From the human T2T-CHM13v2.0 reference genome, Homo sapiens, in NCBI GenBank assembly GCA_009914755.4, contig CP068257.2:37664001-37728000 (forward strand): DNA of 64,000 bases. The letters run 5' to 3'. Positions 16,473 to 33,959 of the stretch are shown here, in pieces (positions within the stretch are counted from its first letter, which is position 1; each line of letters begins with the position of its first letter). The notes beneath the pieces were generated by a model, which was not told the DNA's origin, did not search any database, and saw nothing but the letters and a program-made list of their open reading frames with translations. The position numbers were made by a program, and so were the translations under genes.

Positions 16473-16776
16473 CTAAGAAAAACTCAAATAACAATTTCTA
16501 GAGGGTCACAAAAATCTATGTTCAAGAAGCCCTAATGACACAATTTCTTCCCAATTCTATTCTTCTGTATTCAGTAACATAGACTTCTTACTATAAAAAG
16601 ATTTTTTATTAATTTTATTTTTAGTAATTATTTTAACAATAATTTGACATTTGATACTTATTACTATTAAAACAACATTTCAACCAGTATTTCCTTTTAA
16701 ATTTTAATACAGCATTTATAAAGGTTGTTGAGAAATTTAAAAACAATTATTTCAGGCATCTCAAAGGCCAACCTTA

Positions 16777-16971
<195 letters not shown>

Positions 16972-17094
16972 TTATTCAACATTTTACCAACTAGTATACT
17001 TTAACAGAAAAGCCCTGGAGGTTTATTAGACTATTTCTGAAGAAAAAGAAAATTAAGACATCTCAGATACAGCAGCAACAACAACTAACATTTG

Positions 17095-17330
17095 TGTAGC
17101 ACTTTACAATTCACAAAGTGCTTTCAACATACATTAGCTCATTGAATCCTCACAACAACCCTGTGAGGTAGGTATTTTTGCCAATTTACAAGTGAGGTAA
17201 CTGAGGCTCAAAGGTTCCAGGACCTTTAAAGAGATCCACAGCAAATGATTGGTAAAGATGGACCATAAAACCAGATCTTTTGACTCCAAGTCCCATTTAA
17301 TGCCAAGTGTTTATTTTTCAATGTAGAATT
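17095..17330 (-). mobile_element. MIR SINE
   Basis: …aatcctcacaacaaccctgtgaggtaggta…tttacaagtgaggtaactgaggctcaaag… is the MIR core in reverse orientation. Confidence 0.6.
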
Positions 17331-18936
17331 ATATCATACAATACTAAAGATGAAAGGTCTTACAACTGATCCAACTTTTCAAAAATGGAAGCTTTTATAA
17401 GGAAAAAGTTCTTTGATTTATATGAAAATTCATGACTTGTTCAGTTTTAAAATTAATTTGGCCAATACTACCATGACTTTAGTCTCTATCTTTAGGAAGT
17501 ACCAATAAATTATATAGCTTTCCCTTCATTGTAGGATCACAGAAAATCCTCTACTGAAGAGCACATACGTAGGATCTGTGACTCTGAACACTAATTCAAA
17601 GTCCATCCCTCCTTGACCTACCAGCAAATGCACTAAGAAAAAAAAGTCTGCCCTCCTCTATAGGAGATAGCATCAGAACATAGGTTTGAAGCAGTCACAC
17701 TGTGCCAGAAATTAGTTTCTTCATAACTCAAAGAAGAAAGGGAAGGCATCATACTAAACCTCTACTGAGCCTCGGGTGCCCCAAACTAACAGACATATTG
17801 CATTTTACATGAATGGATTCATTACCACTATCATGACCAAAGAGCAGTTACAAGGCATCCTCCTGGGGTACCAGTACAAAACAAACAGAGAATATGCCCC
17901 TACCCTAGGGCAGCTTGCTGAAGACTCTTCTAAGGTCTGGCCAGTTCTAAATCACTGCTCATCACAAAACAACGACATGGAGCTTGACACAAGTAAAGAA
18001 AACAAAGGAAAACAGGCTACCAATTAACTACCATATAACCAGCTAAAATAGAATAATTACAAAGTGAATAGGGACACAGAAGAGGAAGAATATAAACAGT
18101 GTCCTGATTAGTGCCACAGGGTGACATGGCTAGAGCACTAAGAAACAACTAAAGCTAACAAACCAGTCTGGCACGGAACTAAGAGGGAGGGGTGTTCTTT
18201 CTCAGTTAAGCTTTATACTGGTGGTGCAGCTAAGAGTAGCATCACATCAGCAATAGCTCGTAATAAAAAATAATCATGGGATGAACTTGATGTATACTCA
18301 GCATCAGAAGAACCAACAATCTTTGCCCATTAGCAGTTTAGCCACATGTACACATATATTATATCACATACATATACTTAGTCTAAGTCATATATACCAA
18401 GCTAACAGAAAAAGAATAGCAATTTCAAACATTTTGCTAGCACATAACTTGGCAAAAAAATTAAATTAGTAAAAAAAGAACCATGCAATTTTACATTTGT
18501 GGTGCTTGTTTTCAAGCTGCTACCAAATTTAGAAAATCACTTCCCTTTATAACAAAGGGCTTTCAGAAGCTAAATATCAAATGAAATACCTCTAGCATTT
18601 AAAGAGTTTATTAGACACATACAATTACATTCAATGAAGTTATGAGTGAGCTACAAAATGGAAAATTAAGAACTCACATTGATAAAACCTCAAACAACAT
18701 CTCAGAATAAATTCAAGCTTTTTAGCTTAACATCTATATCTTTATCAACTTTTTAATGCAGAAGGACCCATTAAACACTTATGTAATAAAATTCAATGTT
18801 CTATGCTAAATGCAGAGAATTTTATAGTCCACAGCATGATTTATAGTTACATTATCACCTTTCTTCCACAATGCTTACATTACTTCACAATTATAATAAT
18901 TATTAGGCTATTAATACAAAGCAGAACACTTCTTCA

Positions 18937-19098
<162 letters not shown>

Positions 19099-19453
19099 CT
19101 AGTTGGAGAGCAAGTTTTAATGACAACAGCTTAATAATATCAAAAACTATTAAATACTTAGGGATAAGTCTGGCAAAATGTGAAAAACATACACTGAAAA
19201 CTGTAAAACATGCTGAGAGAAATTAAAGACGACTTAAATAAACAATAAGCTGATCTACAGATTTGAGCTACAGATTCAAACCTGTAACACTCAAAACTTC
19301 AGCAACATTTTTTTTTGTAGAAATTGACAATTTTGTTCTAAAATTTATATGCAAATGACCTGGAAAAGCACCTCTGAAAAAGAAAAAAGGTTGCAGAGCT
19401 AACAAAACTTAATCTCAAGACTTGAAATCAAGACTTTACTCAAAATTGCACTA

Positions 19454-19761
<308 letters not shown>

Positions 19762-20207
19762 TCAAAAAAAAAAAATATATATATATGCTAACTGGCCTGT
19801 AAGTGAAGCATACATCTTTGAGAGAGATGTTAAGATATCAAAGATCCTATAAGACATCATTTAGTATCTAAATCATGGATAACTGGTTCTCAACAACATA
19901 CTAGGCAGTAAAAAACATTAATTCTTTCAGTAAGTACTGACAGCCTATTAGGTGCCAGGAGCCATAAGTGGATATACCTATGGATTACTATAGACAAATA
20001 TATGTCTGTTATAATTTTAAATGAAAAATAATCATTTATTTACTCCAACGTAAGAGATAAAAGATATTGCTCTCATCTCGACAATGAGAATAGGCTGGAT
20101 AAACTTTAAAAAATGTATAAACCCATCACAGCTGAAGAAACAAAGAAAAATCTACATTAACTAATCCCACAAAGTACAAGCTTTTCTGGGAACAGAAAAG
20201 GGACTCA

Positions 20208-20510
20208 GGCTGGGCACGGTGGCTCACGCTTGTAATCCCAACACTTTGGGAGGCCGAGGCAGGTGGATCACTAGAGGTCAAGAGCTCGAGACCAGCCTGG
20301 CGGAAATGGTGACATCCCATCTCTACTAAAAAAAAAAAACACAAAAATTAGCTGGGTGTGGTGGTAGGCGCCTGTAATCCCAGCTACTTAGGAGGCTGAG
20401 GTATGAAATCACTTGAACCTGGGAGGCGGAGGTTGCAGTGAACCAAGATCATGCTATAGCACTCCACAGCCTGGGCGACAAGAGTGAAACTCCATCTAAA
20501 AAAAATAAAG
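20208..20510 (+). mobile_element. Alu. TSD agaaaagggactca at 20194-20207 and 20515-20528.
   Basis: ggctgggcacggtggctcacgcttgtaatcccaacac…aaaaaaaataaag. Confidence 0.9.
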
Positions 20511-21444
20511 TTAAAGAAAAGGGACTCATAGCTGCTTACACCCCTAGCAGAGAGGCAGGAAGAACTGACCTCAGAAAAGAATAAGAAAAAACCACTCAAA
20601 CCTCTAACAAACTTAATGGCTACTTGTGGCCGGCATGACTGATTAGAATCCTAAGGCGCCTCAGTTACAGTGAGTCTGCACACCTACCACAATTTTTTCC
20701 CATAGGCCTTCACCAACTGCATAGGGCCCAAACACTAAAGCCAGGGCAGCCCTGGAAGAAATGCACTGTAGTGGCCCTCCTAAGGCTAGAGATAGGACAA
20801 CAGGGTGGAGAATGATCTCTTCTGACATGGAAAGCCTAGAGCAGGACGGCAAGGCAGAGCGAACTCTGTAGCAACCTAAAAAGTTGGCAGTCAGGTACAA
20901 AGTAGAAAAAGATCTCACAAAGTTTGGAAAGGTGGCAACTCCAGTGTAAAAAATAAGACATCTCAGAAATTTCATGAGGGCCAAATGTCAAACTCTGCTG
21001 GAAGGGAAAGTATTGATGCCACCCTCAAAGCATGGAAAGCCAGTGATTTACTGAATGTAACAAAGCTCAGAGATGATCAATTACAAATTAGATTGACCCT
21101 GTCTCACACACTAACTGCTTGAGAAAAGAGCACATCTTTACCAGAGGTAAATACATTACTGCAGCCTCTACTCTTTACACAAAAAGTTACAGCATACCTC
21201 AAAAAAATGATGAGATACACAACAAAGCTAGATATATGACCCATGGTCAAGAGGGGAAATGGTCAATAGAAGCAGACCTAGAGATGGCCCAGATGTTCAA
21301 AAATGCTTAGCTGTTATTTCTTCAAACTACTTCTCCCCTCTATCCTTTCCACTTGGGACTTTAATTACACATTAAACTATTTGATATCATACCACTTATT
21401 CAAAAAGCTCAGAGAACCCAAGAAAAATAAATGCAAAGAAAACC

Positions 21445-21779
<335 letters not shown>

Positions 21780-22492
21780 TCAGACTTGTGAAATCCCCTC
21801 CTCATTTACTTCAGAAAACAGTAACATTGAGAGGATACTACTTCTATGATTAGGTTACAATTGTGACTTCTGTCTTGCTAAGACTCTACTGCCTCGTCAG
21901 CTTTCATCTTTTGATAACTCAAGCTATCACACTGGAAAGACCAAAAGGGCGAGGAACTGAGAGTGGCCAATAGTCAGGTAGAAACTGAGGCCTCAGTCAA
22001 ACAACCCTCCAGGAACCGAATCCTGCCAAAACTACATGAGCTTGGAAGCCTATTCCTCCCGTCAAGCCTTCAGCTAAAACCCCAGTTCTGCCAATATTTT
22101 GACTGCACCTTCAGAGAAAAGGAGACAGGGAACCCATCTGAGCTGTGTCTGGACCGCTGACTTACAGAAACTGGCAGATAACAACAAATTAGTGTAGTTT
22201 TAAGCTGCTAAATTTTGGGGTAATTTGTTATACAGCAATAGATCATGACTACAGGACAACATAGTAAAACTGCTGAAAATCAAAGACAAAATAAAAATCC
22301 TAAAAGCAACCAGACCAAAAACAACATTATTTTCAAAGGAGCAATAAGACTGCTAAATTTCCAACATTAGGAAGGCATAAGGCAGTAGAACATCTTTACT
22401 GTGCCGGAAAAAAAAAAAAAAAGGACTATGAATCAGAATTCCATAGCTACTGAAGTCACTGTCAACAAACCTTTGTTAAAAAGCTTTGTGTG

Positions 22493-22807
<315 letters not shown>

Positions 22808-22983
22808 TAAAAGAAATAACAAAATAAGTTCTGCAGACAGAAGAAAAATTACCACAAATAGGTCCCATGGAAGTGGAGGAAAAAATTTAAAATACCAGAA
22901 AAGATGTATAGGTAGGTAAGCAAGTGATTATTGACTTTAAAACAACAGTAACAACATCTTGAAACTTTTATAATATGTGGTAA

Positions 22984-23286
22984 GGCCGGGCTGAGAGCAG
23001 TGGCTCAGACTTGTAATCTCAGCACTTTGGAAAGCTGAAGTGGGCAGATCACCTGAGGTCAGGAGTTCAAGACCAGCCTGGCTAACATGGTGAAACCCCA
23101 CCTCTACTAAAAATACAAAAATTAGCCAGGCATGGTGGCACATGCTTGTAATCCCAGCTACTTGGGAGGCTGAGGCACAAGAATCACGAATCTGGGAGGT
23201 AAAAGTTGCAGTGAGCCAAGGTCACACCACTGCACTCACTCCTAGGTGACAGAGTGAGACTCCGTCTTAAAAAAAAAAAAAAAAAA
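22984..23286 (+). mobile_element. Alu, first of a same-orientation tandem array
   Basis: ggccgggctgagagcagtggctcagacttgtaatctcagc…poly-A(21). Confidence 0.9.
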
Positions 23287-23290
23287 GTAA

Positions 23291-23576
23291 GGCCAGGCAT
23301 GGTGGCTCATGCCTGTAATCCCAGCACTTTGGGAGGCCCAGACAGGCGGATCACTTGAGGCCAAGAGTTCAAGACCAGCCTGGGCAACATGGCAAAACCT
23401 CATCTCTACTAAAAATACAGAAAGTAGCTGGGTGTGGTGGCATGCTCCTGCAATTCCAGCTACTTGGGAGGCTGAGGCAGAGAACTGCTTGAACCCAGGA
23501 GACAAAGGTTGCAGTGAGCCGAGATCACACCACCACACTCCATCCTGCACAACAGAGACTCCGTCTCAAAAAAAAA
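23291..23576 (+). mobile_element. Alu, starts 4 bp after the previous Alu's A-tail
   Basis: ggccaggcatggtggctcatgcctgtaatcccagcac…poly-A. Confidence 0.9.
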
Positions 23577-23748
23577 GATTACTAGCTCAAAGCGACAGGA
23601 TGGTGACAACTAACAGTTATAACTTTATTTATTTGGGAAGTGGTAAAGGAACTAATGTAAAGTAATGTATATTGGTAATGTATATTGAAACCTCTAGGGA
23701 AACCACCAAAAGAATAATAAAAGGATATATAACTAAAAAGAAATAAAG

Positions 23749-24053
23749 AGGCCAGGTGCAGTGACTCACACCTGTAATCCCAGCACTTTGAGAGGCCAAG
23801 ACAGGTGGATCACTAATGGTCAGGAGTTCAAGACCAGCCTGGCAAATGTGGTGAAACCCCATTTGTACTAAAACTACAAAGATTAGCCGGGCATGGTAGC
23901 AGGTGACTGTAATCTCAGCTACTTGAGAGGCTGAGGCAGGAGAATCGCTTGAGCCCAGGAGGCAGAGGTTGCAGTAAGCCAAGATCACACAACTGCGCCC
24001 CAGCCTGGGCAACAGAGCGAGACTCCATCTCCAAAAAAAAAAAAAAAAAAAAA
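23749..24053 (+). mobile_element. Alu, full length
   Basis: gaggccaggtgcagtgactcacacctgtaatcccagcac…poly-A(24). Confidence 0.9.
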
Positions 24054-24084
24054 TTATTAAAAAAATGAAGAAAAGGAATAGTTA

Positions 24085-24745
<661 letters not shown>

Positions 24746-24846
24746 TTAATCAAAAAAAAAAAGTGAGAGAAAGAATAAAGAAAAAATGAGATAAAGAACA
24801 GGTAGACTTAAACCCAATTATGTTTAATTATGTTAAATACAAATGA

Positions 24847-25146
24847 GCAAGGCACAGTGGCTCACACCTATAATCCCAGCACTTTGGGAAGCCAAGGCGG
24901 GAGGACTGCCTGAGTCCAAGAGTTCAAGATGAGCCTAGGCCATATAGTGAGACGTCTCTAGAAAAAAAAATTTTTTTTAATTAGCCGGCCATGATGGCAT
25001 ACACGTATAGACTCAGCTACTCAGGAGGCTGAGGCAGGAGGATCCCTTGAACCCAGGAGGTCAAAGCTGCAGTGTGCCATGATCATGCCACTGCACTCCA
25101 CCCTGGGCAACAAAGTGAGAACTTGTCTGGAAAACAAAAAAAAAAA
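24847..25146 (+). mobile_element. AluJ-like. TSD aaatacaaatga.
   Basis: gcaaggcacagtggctcacacctataatcccagcac…flanks match. Confidence 0.88.
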
Positions 25147-25372
25147 TACAAATGACCAAAACATCACTAAAAGAATGCACATAAAACTACACGCTGTTTA
25201 CGGGAGATAAACTTTAAACATGTGAACACAAAAAGGTTGAAAGGAAAAGGACAGAAAAAGATACACTGTGCCATTGCTAACCAAAAGAAGTTGGTGTGGC
25301 TATATTAATGTAAGGCAAAGCAGATGGGAAGACAAGAAGATTATAATGAATAAAGCATTTTCTAATATTTAA

Positions 25373-25775
<403 letters not shown>

Positions 25776-25958
25776 GTAGTTGGAGATTTTAACAAATCTT
25801 TCTCAGGAATCAATACAGTAAGCTTGCAAAAATCCATAAGGATACATATGATCTGAAAATAAACAAGTCACTCAACTTTTATCCCTTAGATACAAATAAC
25901 TTCTTGTTGTTGGGTGAGCCTATGGAAACTAGTAACTACTCTCTTTTAAGGTAGCACA

Positions 25959-26100
25959 GCCAGCCAGGCACAGTAGTTCACACCTGTAATCCCAGCACTT
26001 TGGGAGGCCAAGGTCGGTGGATCACCTGAGGTCAGGAGTTTGAGACACCAGCCTGACCATTATGGTGAAATCCCATCTCTACTAAAAATACAAAAATTAG
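25959..26100 (+). mobile_element. Older Alu, left monomer. The host Alu is split by a younger Alu inserted in its A-rich linker.
   Basis: gccagccaggcacagtagttcacacctgtaatcccagcac…ctactaaaaatacaaaaattag. Confidence 0.8.
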
Positions 26101-26572
<472 letters not shown>

Positions 26573-26585
26573 TAGTTATCTTTAA

Positions 26586-26886
<301 letters not shown>

Positions 26887-27376
26887 TAGATATCTTTAAA
26901 TATCTAACCCTGCATTGGGCCTGTCAAATCCATGTTATTTAATTGTAATTTTCATGTATACGAGTGGTAAAGACAGAGGAGGAAGGAAATATAACTACAG
27001 AACTGAGCCTAAGAATTCGGAAGGACTAGGTTTGTAGAGGGGTTTATTTAAAGGGAAAGAGATTAAGAGACTTAATAATTGAATAATGTGTTACATTTTT
27101 GTGGGCCATTTTCTTTGACCGGAAAAAATACCAGAAGATCCTTATATTTAGTGTATCATTAGAAAACTCATTAAGATTTAAAGAAATATATTGGAGTAGT
27201 CCTTTTGTGTGAGGAACAGACTTAAAAGTTATTTATACTGAAATCAGAATTTGGTTTATTAGAATTGCAAGTAGTCATTTTTCTTAAACCTTCAAGTACA
27301 AATCTTATTTATAAATCCAGAAACAAATAGTTACTTTTATTCTTTGGTTACTGTTTAATTGATAATTGAAAATTTG

Positions 27377-27669
<293 letters not shown>

Positions 27670-27929
27670 TTATAATTGAAAATTTAATCATAAAATATTT
27701 TATACCACTTACACATTTAATCAAATTTCCTTGGGCATTTTTCACTACACTTAGAAGCGTACAGTTATTTTAATCACCTCAGCAGGGTTAACTTAGACAA
27801 ACCTAACCATGAATTTTCTAAGACTAAACTTGTAAATAGATTTCAAATTTATTTTGTAATTTTTTTTACTCTATCAAACAAATAAATGTAACTCAGTAAT
27901 TACAAAACTTGTTACTACATCAGAATATG

Positions 27930-28045
27930 TACTTGTATGAATATCAATGTATTATATGTATATATTTTATGTATATATGTTTGTATGTATATATTGCACA
28001 TATTATATGTATATATACTTGTGTGAATACATTTGTACTTTCCTT
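27930..28045. repeat. TA/TG-rich low-complexity microsatellite
   Basis: tatatgtatatattttatgtatatatgtttgtatgtatatattgcacatattatatgtatatatac. Confidence 0.85.
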
Positions 28046-28526
28046 TTTCTTCATCTTCGCTTGTTAACCTTCCTGGGTTATGACTTAATTACCCAAACTG
28101 GGAGGAGACTGGTATTACCATTTTAAGTACTCTACAGGATTAAGGAATCAGGTTATGATAGAAGATTATAGGCTATGACTTGGAACTTGGGTGCACTGCC
28201 AGATACTTTAAGTCTTAGGCTGAGCCTTTTTTAATAGTAAAACCCCTTTAAAACAAAAACCTCTTTTACAATTTTGTATTTCCCACAAGTCTTGAAACTA
28301 ATCCCATTATCATTTAATTTTCACAGTGGAACTCTAAAAGACCCTTCCATCCTGAGGGTAGCTAATTTCTTTCCTCTATAGATTCTGTATTGTCATTGAC
28401 TATAGAGATCTATCATTCTATAGGTATTTCATTTGTAACTTGGGGACACTTAATGATCATGGTAGTGTGATTGATGAGTTACAGTCTAGCAATATAGCAG
28501 TGCAGGTAGAGACTAGAAACTTGGGA

Positions 28527-28560
28527 GCTGGACACGGAGGCTCACACCTGTAAACCAAGG
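28527..28560 (+). mobile_element. Alu 5' fragment, about 34 bp
   Basis: gctggacacggaggctcacacctgtaaaccaagg. Confidence 0.6.
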
Positions 28561-28569
28561 TTTTGTAAA

Positions 28570-28692
28570 CTTTTTTTCTACAGATGAGGTGTTGCTTATG
28601 TTGCCCAGGCTGCTCTCAAACCCCTGGCACCAAGTGATCCTCCCACCTCAGACTCTCAAGTCTCTGTGTAGCCTTAGCCACCACACTTGGCT
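28570..28692 (-). mobile_element. Free left Alu monomer (FLAM-like)
   Basis: Reverse complement of the Alu left monomer: …gttgcccaggctgctctcaaacccctggcaccaagtgatcctcccacctcag…. Confidence 0.75.
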
Positions 28693-28695
28693 TCA

Positions 28696-29017
<322 letters not shown>

Positions 29018-29408
29018 GCAAAAGTACCAAAAATACTCTTGCCCCCAAATACAGGTTGGAATAACAGCATGGTCACAAGTTTAAGATAAATTGTGGCTTT
29101 ACAAACACTAATACTAGAATCATCTAAAAAGCTTTTTAAAATACTGATGTCCAGTCCCACCACAAAGATTCTGATTTAACTGGTTTGGGGCATACTCTGG
29201 GCAACCAGATTTTATAAAGCTCCCCAGATGATTCTCATCTGAAGATGAAAACCACTAAGAAAAAGGAACAAGTTACCATCATAAGGAACAATAAGACAAA
29301 TACAGAATGTAAAACATTCTACAGGATAAATGATTTGGTCTCCAGTAAATCAATGGCATAGAAACAAGACTATTCAAGATAAAAAGAGATTTAAGATAAT
29401 CAGGGAAG

Positions 29409-29991
<583 letters not shown>

Positions 29992-30058
29992 TCAGTCAAT
30001 GCATGTATGGACCTTTCTCAAGACCAAATCAAACTAATTGTAAAAAGACACCCAGGGA

Positions 30059-30465
<407 letters not shown>

Positions 30466-30750
30466 TTAGAGATGAAATGTAGTGTCTGGAATCTGCCTTA
30501 AAACATTCCAACACATTAACCAGTGAAATGAATGGCTTTCTGGAATTTGCTTAAAAACAAGGCAGCAGACAATATGCAACATTCTCTGATAATCACTGAA
30601 GTTGGAAAATGGGCACCTAGTGGGTGGGTCATTTATTCTATTATTTTTGTTTGAAGATGTCCATTGATAGTTTCTTAAAACATATGTATACCTCAAACAG
30701 AAACCAAAGTAAATATAGCAAGTTAGTAACTTTCAAAATTCAAATTTGTT

Positions 30751-31130
30751 GGCCAGGCGCAGTGGCTCACGCCTGTAATCCCAGCACTTTGGGACACAGA
30801 GGCGGGCAGATCACCTGAAGTTAGGAGTTCAAGACCAGCCTGGCCAACATGGTGAAACCCCTTCTCCACTAAAAATATAAAAATTAGCCAGGTGCCTGTA
30901 ATCCCAGCACTTTGGGACACAGAGGCAGGCAGATCACCTGAAGTCAGGAGTTCGAGACCAGCCTGGCCAACAGGGTGAAACCCCATCTCTACTAAAAATA
31001 CAAAAATTAGCCAGGTGCCTGTAATCCCAGCTACTGAGGAGGCTGAGGCAGGAGGATCACTTGAACCCAGGAGGCAGAGGTTGCAGTGAGCCGAGGCTGC
31101 TCCTCAAAACAGACTGTCTCAAAAAAAAAA
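30751..31130 (+). mobile_element. Alu with a tandemly duplicated left-monomer core. Units 30772-30894 and 30895-31017 are 123 bp each and about 94% identical.
   Basis: The block cctgtaatcccagcactttgggacacagaggc.ggcagatcacctgaagt.aggagttc.agaccagcctggccaaca.ggtgaaacccc.tctc.actaaaaata.aaaaattagccaggtg appears twice in succession before the right arm. Confidence 0.9.
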
Positions 31131-31206
31131 ATAATTATTATTCAAATTTGATGATATACAGGGGTGCATTACATTATTCTCATTTGTGTACATCTGAAAT
31201 ACTTCT

Positions 31207-31373
31207 TTTTTGTTGTTGCGTTTCGAGACAGGGTCTCGCTCACCTAGGCTGGAGCACAGTGGCTTGATCAGGGCTCACTACATCCTCAACCTCACTTTAG
31301 GCAGGTCTAGAACTCCTGGCCTCAAGCGTCCTGCCAAAGTGCTGGGATTACAGGTGTTAGCACCGCAGCTGGC
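31207..31373 (-). mobile_element. Rearranged or deleted Alu
   Basis: ttttttgttgttgcgtttcgagacagggtctcgctcacctaggctggagcacagtgg…ctcctggcctcaagcgtcctgccaaagtgctgggattacaggtgttagcacc. Confidence 0.75.
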
Positions 31374-31699
31374 CTGGAATACTTCTTAATAAGGTATTTT
31401 TAAAAGACTTTGAAAGTTTAGAAACGATACATATACCATTAACAAAAGAATAATTCTCTACACATGAGGCTCATCATCACTCAGTCCTGGGGGACTGGAG
31501 GGCAGAGAGGAAGGTAAAAAAAGAAAGGACACCCACCAGACAGACCAAATCAGGGAGGCAATGATAGATGCCATATGTCATAGCCAAATCACAGCCATAT
31601 TATCACAGAATTTAAGTGATTTTAAACAATAGTAAGTAGGGTTTTAAGCAATTCTACCAACAAAAGCCAAAAAATTTATATAAATTTTTTTTTTAAAAA

Positions 31700-31971
31700 A
31701 AAGAAACTAGGCCTTGCTCCATCTCCCAGGCTGGAGTGCAGTGGCAGGAGGATAGTTCAATGCAGCCTCAAACTCCCAGAGTCAAGTGATCCTTCCGCCT
31801 CAGCCTCCGAAATAGCTGGGACTACAGGCACGCACCACCACAGCCGCCTAATTTTCTGTTACTTATTCTTTGTGGAGACAAGAGTTGGTCTGAACTCCTG
31901 GCCTCAAGTGATCCTCCCACCTCGGCCTCCTAATGTGCTGAGATTGCAGCCATGAGCCACTGCACCCAGCC
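31700..31971 (-). mobile_element. AluJ-like
   Basis: …ccaggctggagtgcagtggcaggagg…cctcccacctcggcctcctaatgtgctgagattgcagccatgagccactgcacccagcc. Confidence 0.85.
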
Positions 31972-33357
31972 CCTATAAATGTATTTTAAAAGTAACTTTT
32001 CCAGTAGTTACAGCACTACATTTGTTTCAAGTTATTTTCTCTCAGGTAGTACGACAACAGCGTCATAACCAGTAATGCTTTTCCGCTTCACCGATAAGGC
32101 TATATTATCCGTGAAGAAAACTAAAAGAGGGCATCCTTTAAATGTTTCCTCAACGTTTACAAAAATAAACTATCTCAAAATGTCAAACTCAACACATTGC
32201 CATCAGAATTTTTAGAACTCATTCCCTTGAAAACATCCACTGTTAAAGTGTTTACTTCAAAATCTAAGAAAGCAAATATTAAAATTATTTATTACTTGCA
32301 CCAGGCTTCAAGTGTTAACTGTTCATGGAAATAACACATCCTCTGGTCTCTTCTGTTGTCTAATTCAAAACCAGTAATCTTCTACCACTTTTTTTTCTTC
32401 TTTTCACTTGCCACCATACTCTACCACTCAAGTGTTACAGGTCTTCCAACTGTGGTAAAAGATCACTCAGAAGCTCTTTTCTTTCTCAATTGTTTTCCTT
32501 ATACAAGATGCTGAATATGGCCTGGCAATTAATGAATTCCTTTATCCTAATAACGAAACGGCAAAAATATATTCCTGAAAAATGTCTCCAGTAAAAACAA
32601 ACGAATCCCTGCAACTGCTGTAACTATAGATAAAAGCAAGTTATATAGAAACATTAACCAAGTTCACAAAAGAAATGAGACTGTAATGCAAGATTAACCG
32701 AGCTCAAAAGAAAAGTGCCTATTTAAAGCACTTTATTGTGTTATCTACAAGATCAGTGTGAAACTCATCAATCAACTACTGCGTTCAACAAATATTGTAC
32801 AGTAGAAAGGAGCACAAGCACTACAGTGGCATATTCATACAGCTGCAAGATTTTTATGACGCTGCTGACAAAACAAAAAATAAAAAGCTCAACACAAGAA
32901 CATTTCTCCACCTTCAGAGACCAATGATTCTATTCCTAGGGAACAAGTGGGGGGACAGACCCGGGCGGGGCAAGAGCAGGGAGGCCAATCAGAGCGCGAG
33001 TTACAAGCGCGGTGGAGTGGGGAAGCGAATGAAACCGCCCAGTTGAATGGCTGGCTGCGCACGCCACACCCCCGCAGAGGCGGCCGCACCTGGAGCCCCA
33101 CCCCTGCCGCAGGACCTCCGCGAGTCGCCCCCACCGCTCCGCCCCGCGCCGCCCCCAATGACTGTTTCCTGCCAAAACAAACCTGGCCGCCTCAAAAACA
33201 AAACAAAATCTTCAGCCGGGAACGCAGCTATGCCCGGGCCGCCCCCCAGTGCGGGTCACACTTTGCACCCCACGGGCCGGGGTCCCCGCGAGGGGAAGGG
33301 GCGGGGGCGGGGGGCGGTGCACGGAAAACCCGGGGAGCAAACGTGCCCAATGCTCAC

Positions 33358-33417
33358 CAACTCCTCGTAGCTCCTGTTGTGCTCGTTGCCCTCCCAGTCC
33401 AATCTCTTCGGCAACAA
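33358..33417 (-). CDS. BRWD1: BRWD1 exon 4 [20 protein letters not shown], 60 nt
   Basis: Acceptor tctttccAG|TTGTTG, donor TTG|GTGAGC. Conserved BRWD/PHIP N-terminal motif. Confidence 0.8.
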
Positions 33418-33461
33418 CTGGAAAGACACGAAACGCACACGAGTGACCACCGCTCCGGCGC

Positions 33462-33530
33462 GGGGGGGGCGGGGGGCGGGGGGCCGGGGGCCGGGGGCGG
33501 GCGGCGGGCGGGGGGCGCGGGCGAGCATCC
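33462..33530 (+). repeat. G-tract cluster (G5-8 runs separated by C/CG) in BRWD1 intron 3, on the non-template (plus) strand. Potential G-quadruplex or R-loop sequence.
   Basis: cggggggggcggggggcggggggccgggggccgggggcgggcggcgggcggggggcg. Confidence 0.8.
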
Positions 33531-33588
33531 CTCAGGGCAAGGTCGGCAGGAGGAACCCGAGGGAGCGCGGGGACGGGCGCGCACAGAC

Positions 33589-33618
33589 CTGGTACTGCTC
33601 CAGCTCCTGCACCAGCAC
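33589..33618 (-). CDS. BRWD1: BRWD1 exon 3, a 30-nt micro-exon VLVQELEQYQ
   Basis: Acceptor ccgcAG|GTGCTG, donor CAG|GTCTGT. In frame between exons 2 and 4. Confidence 0.72.
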
Positions 33619-33757
33619 CTGCGGCCGAGAGACGCGCGGTCAGGGGTGGGGTCGGGCCCGGGGCGCTCCCGTTTCACCCCCGCCCACCACCCGCGACCCC
33701 CGGCGGCGGGGACACTGGGGACGCCAAGTCCGCAGCCGCCCGCGGGCCCGCACTCAC

Positions 33758-33816
33758 CTGGGCCGCTCTCCGACACGGGCCCGCCGATAGGTACCGGGCG
33801 ATAAGGAAGTACAGCT
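33758..33816 (-). CDS. BRWD1: BRWD1 exon 2 (E)[19 protein letters not shown], 59 nt
   Basis: Acceptor cccgcAG|AGCTG, donor CAG|GTGAGT. Continues the exon 1 reading frame exactly. Confidence 0.78.
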
Positions 33817-33959
33817 CTGCGGGAAGACAAGGAGTCAGGTCAAGCCCCGGCGGGGAGGGGAGGGGGACGGGGCCAGGGGAGCCGGGGGAGCCCGGGGAGC
33901 CGGGGAAGCCGAAGCAGCCGGGAGCGCCAGGGCGGGGGTGGCACGGCCTCGCGTCTTAC

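Noticed and set aside
20661-20984. 107-aa minus-strand ORF in BRWD1 intron 4
   Set aside because: No splice-site context and no similarity to BRWD1 or any protein I recognise. Composition is typical of random intronic sequence.
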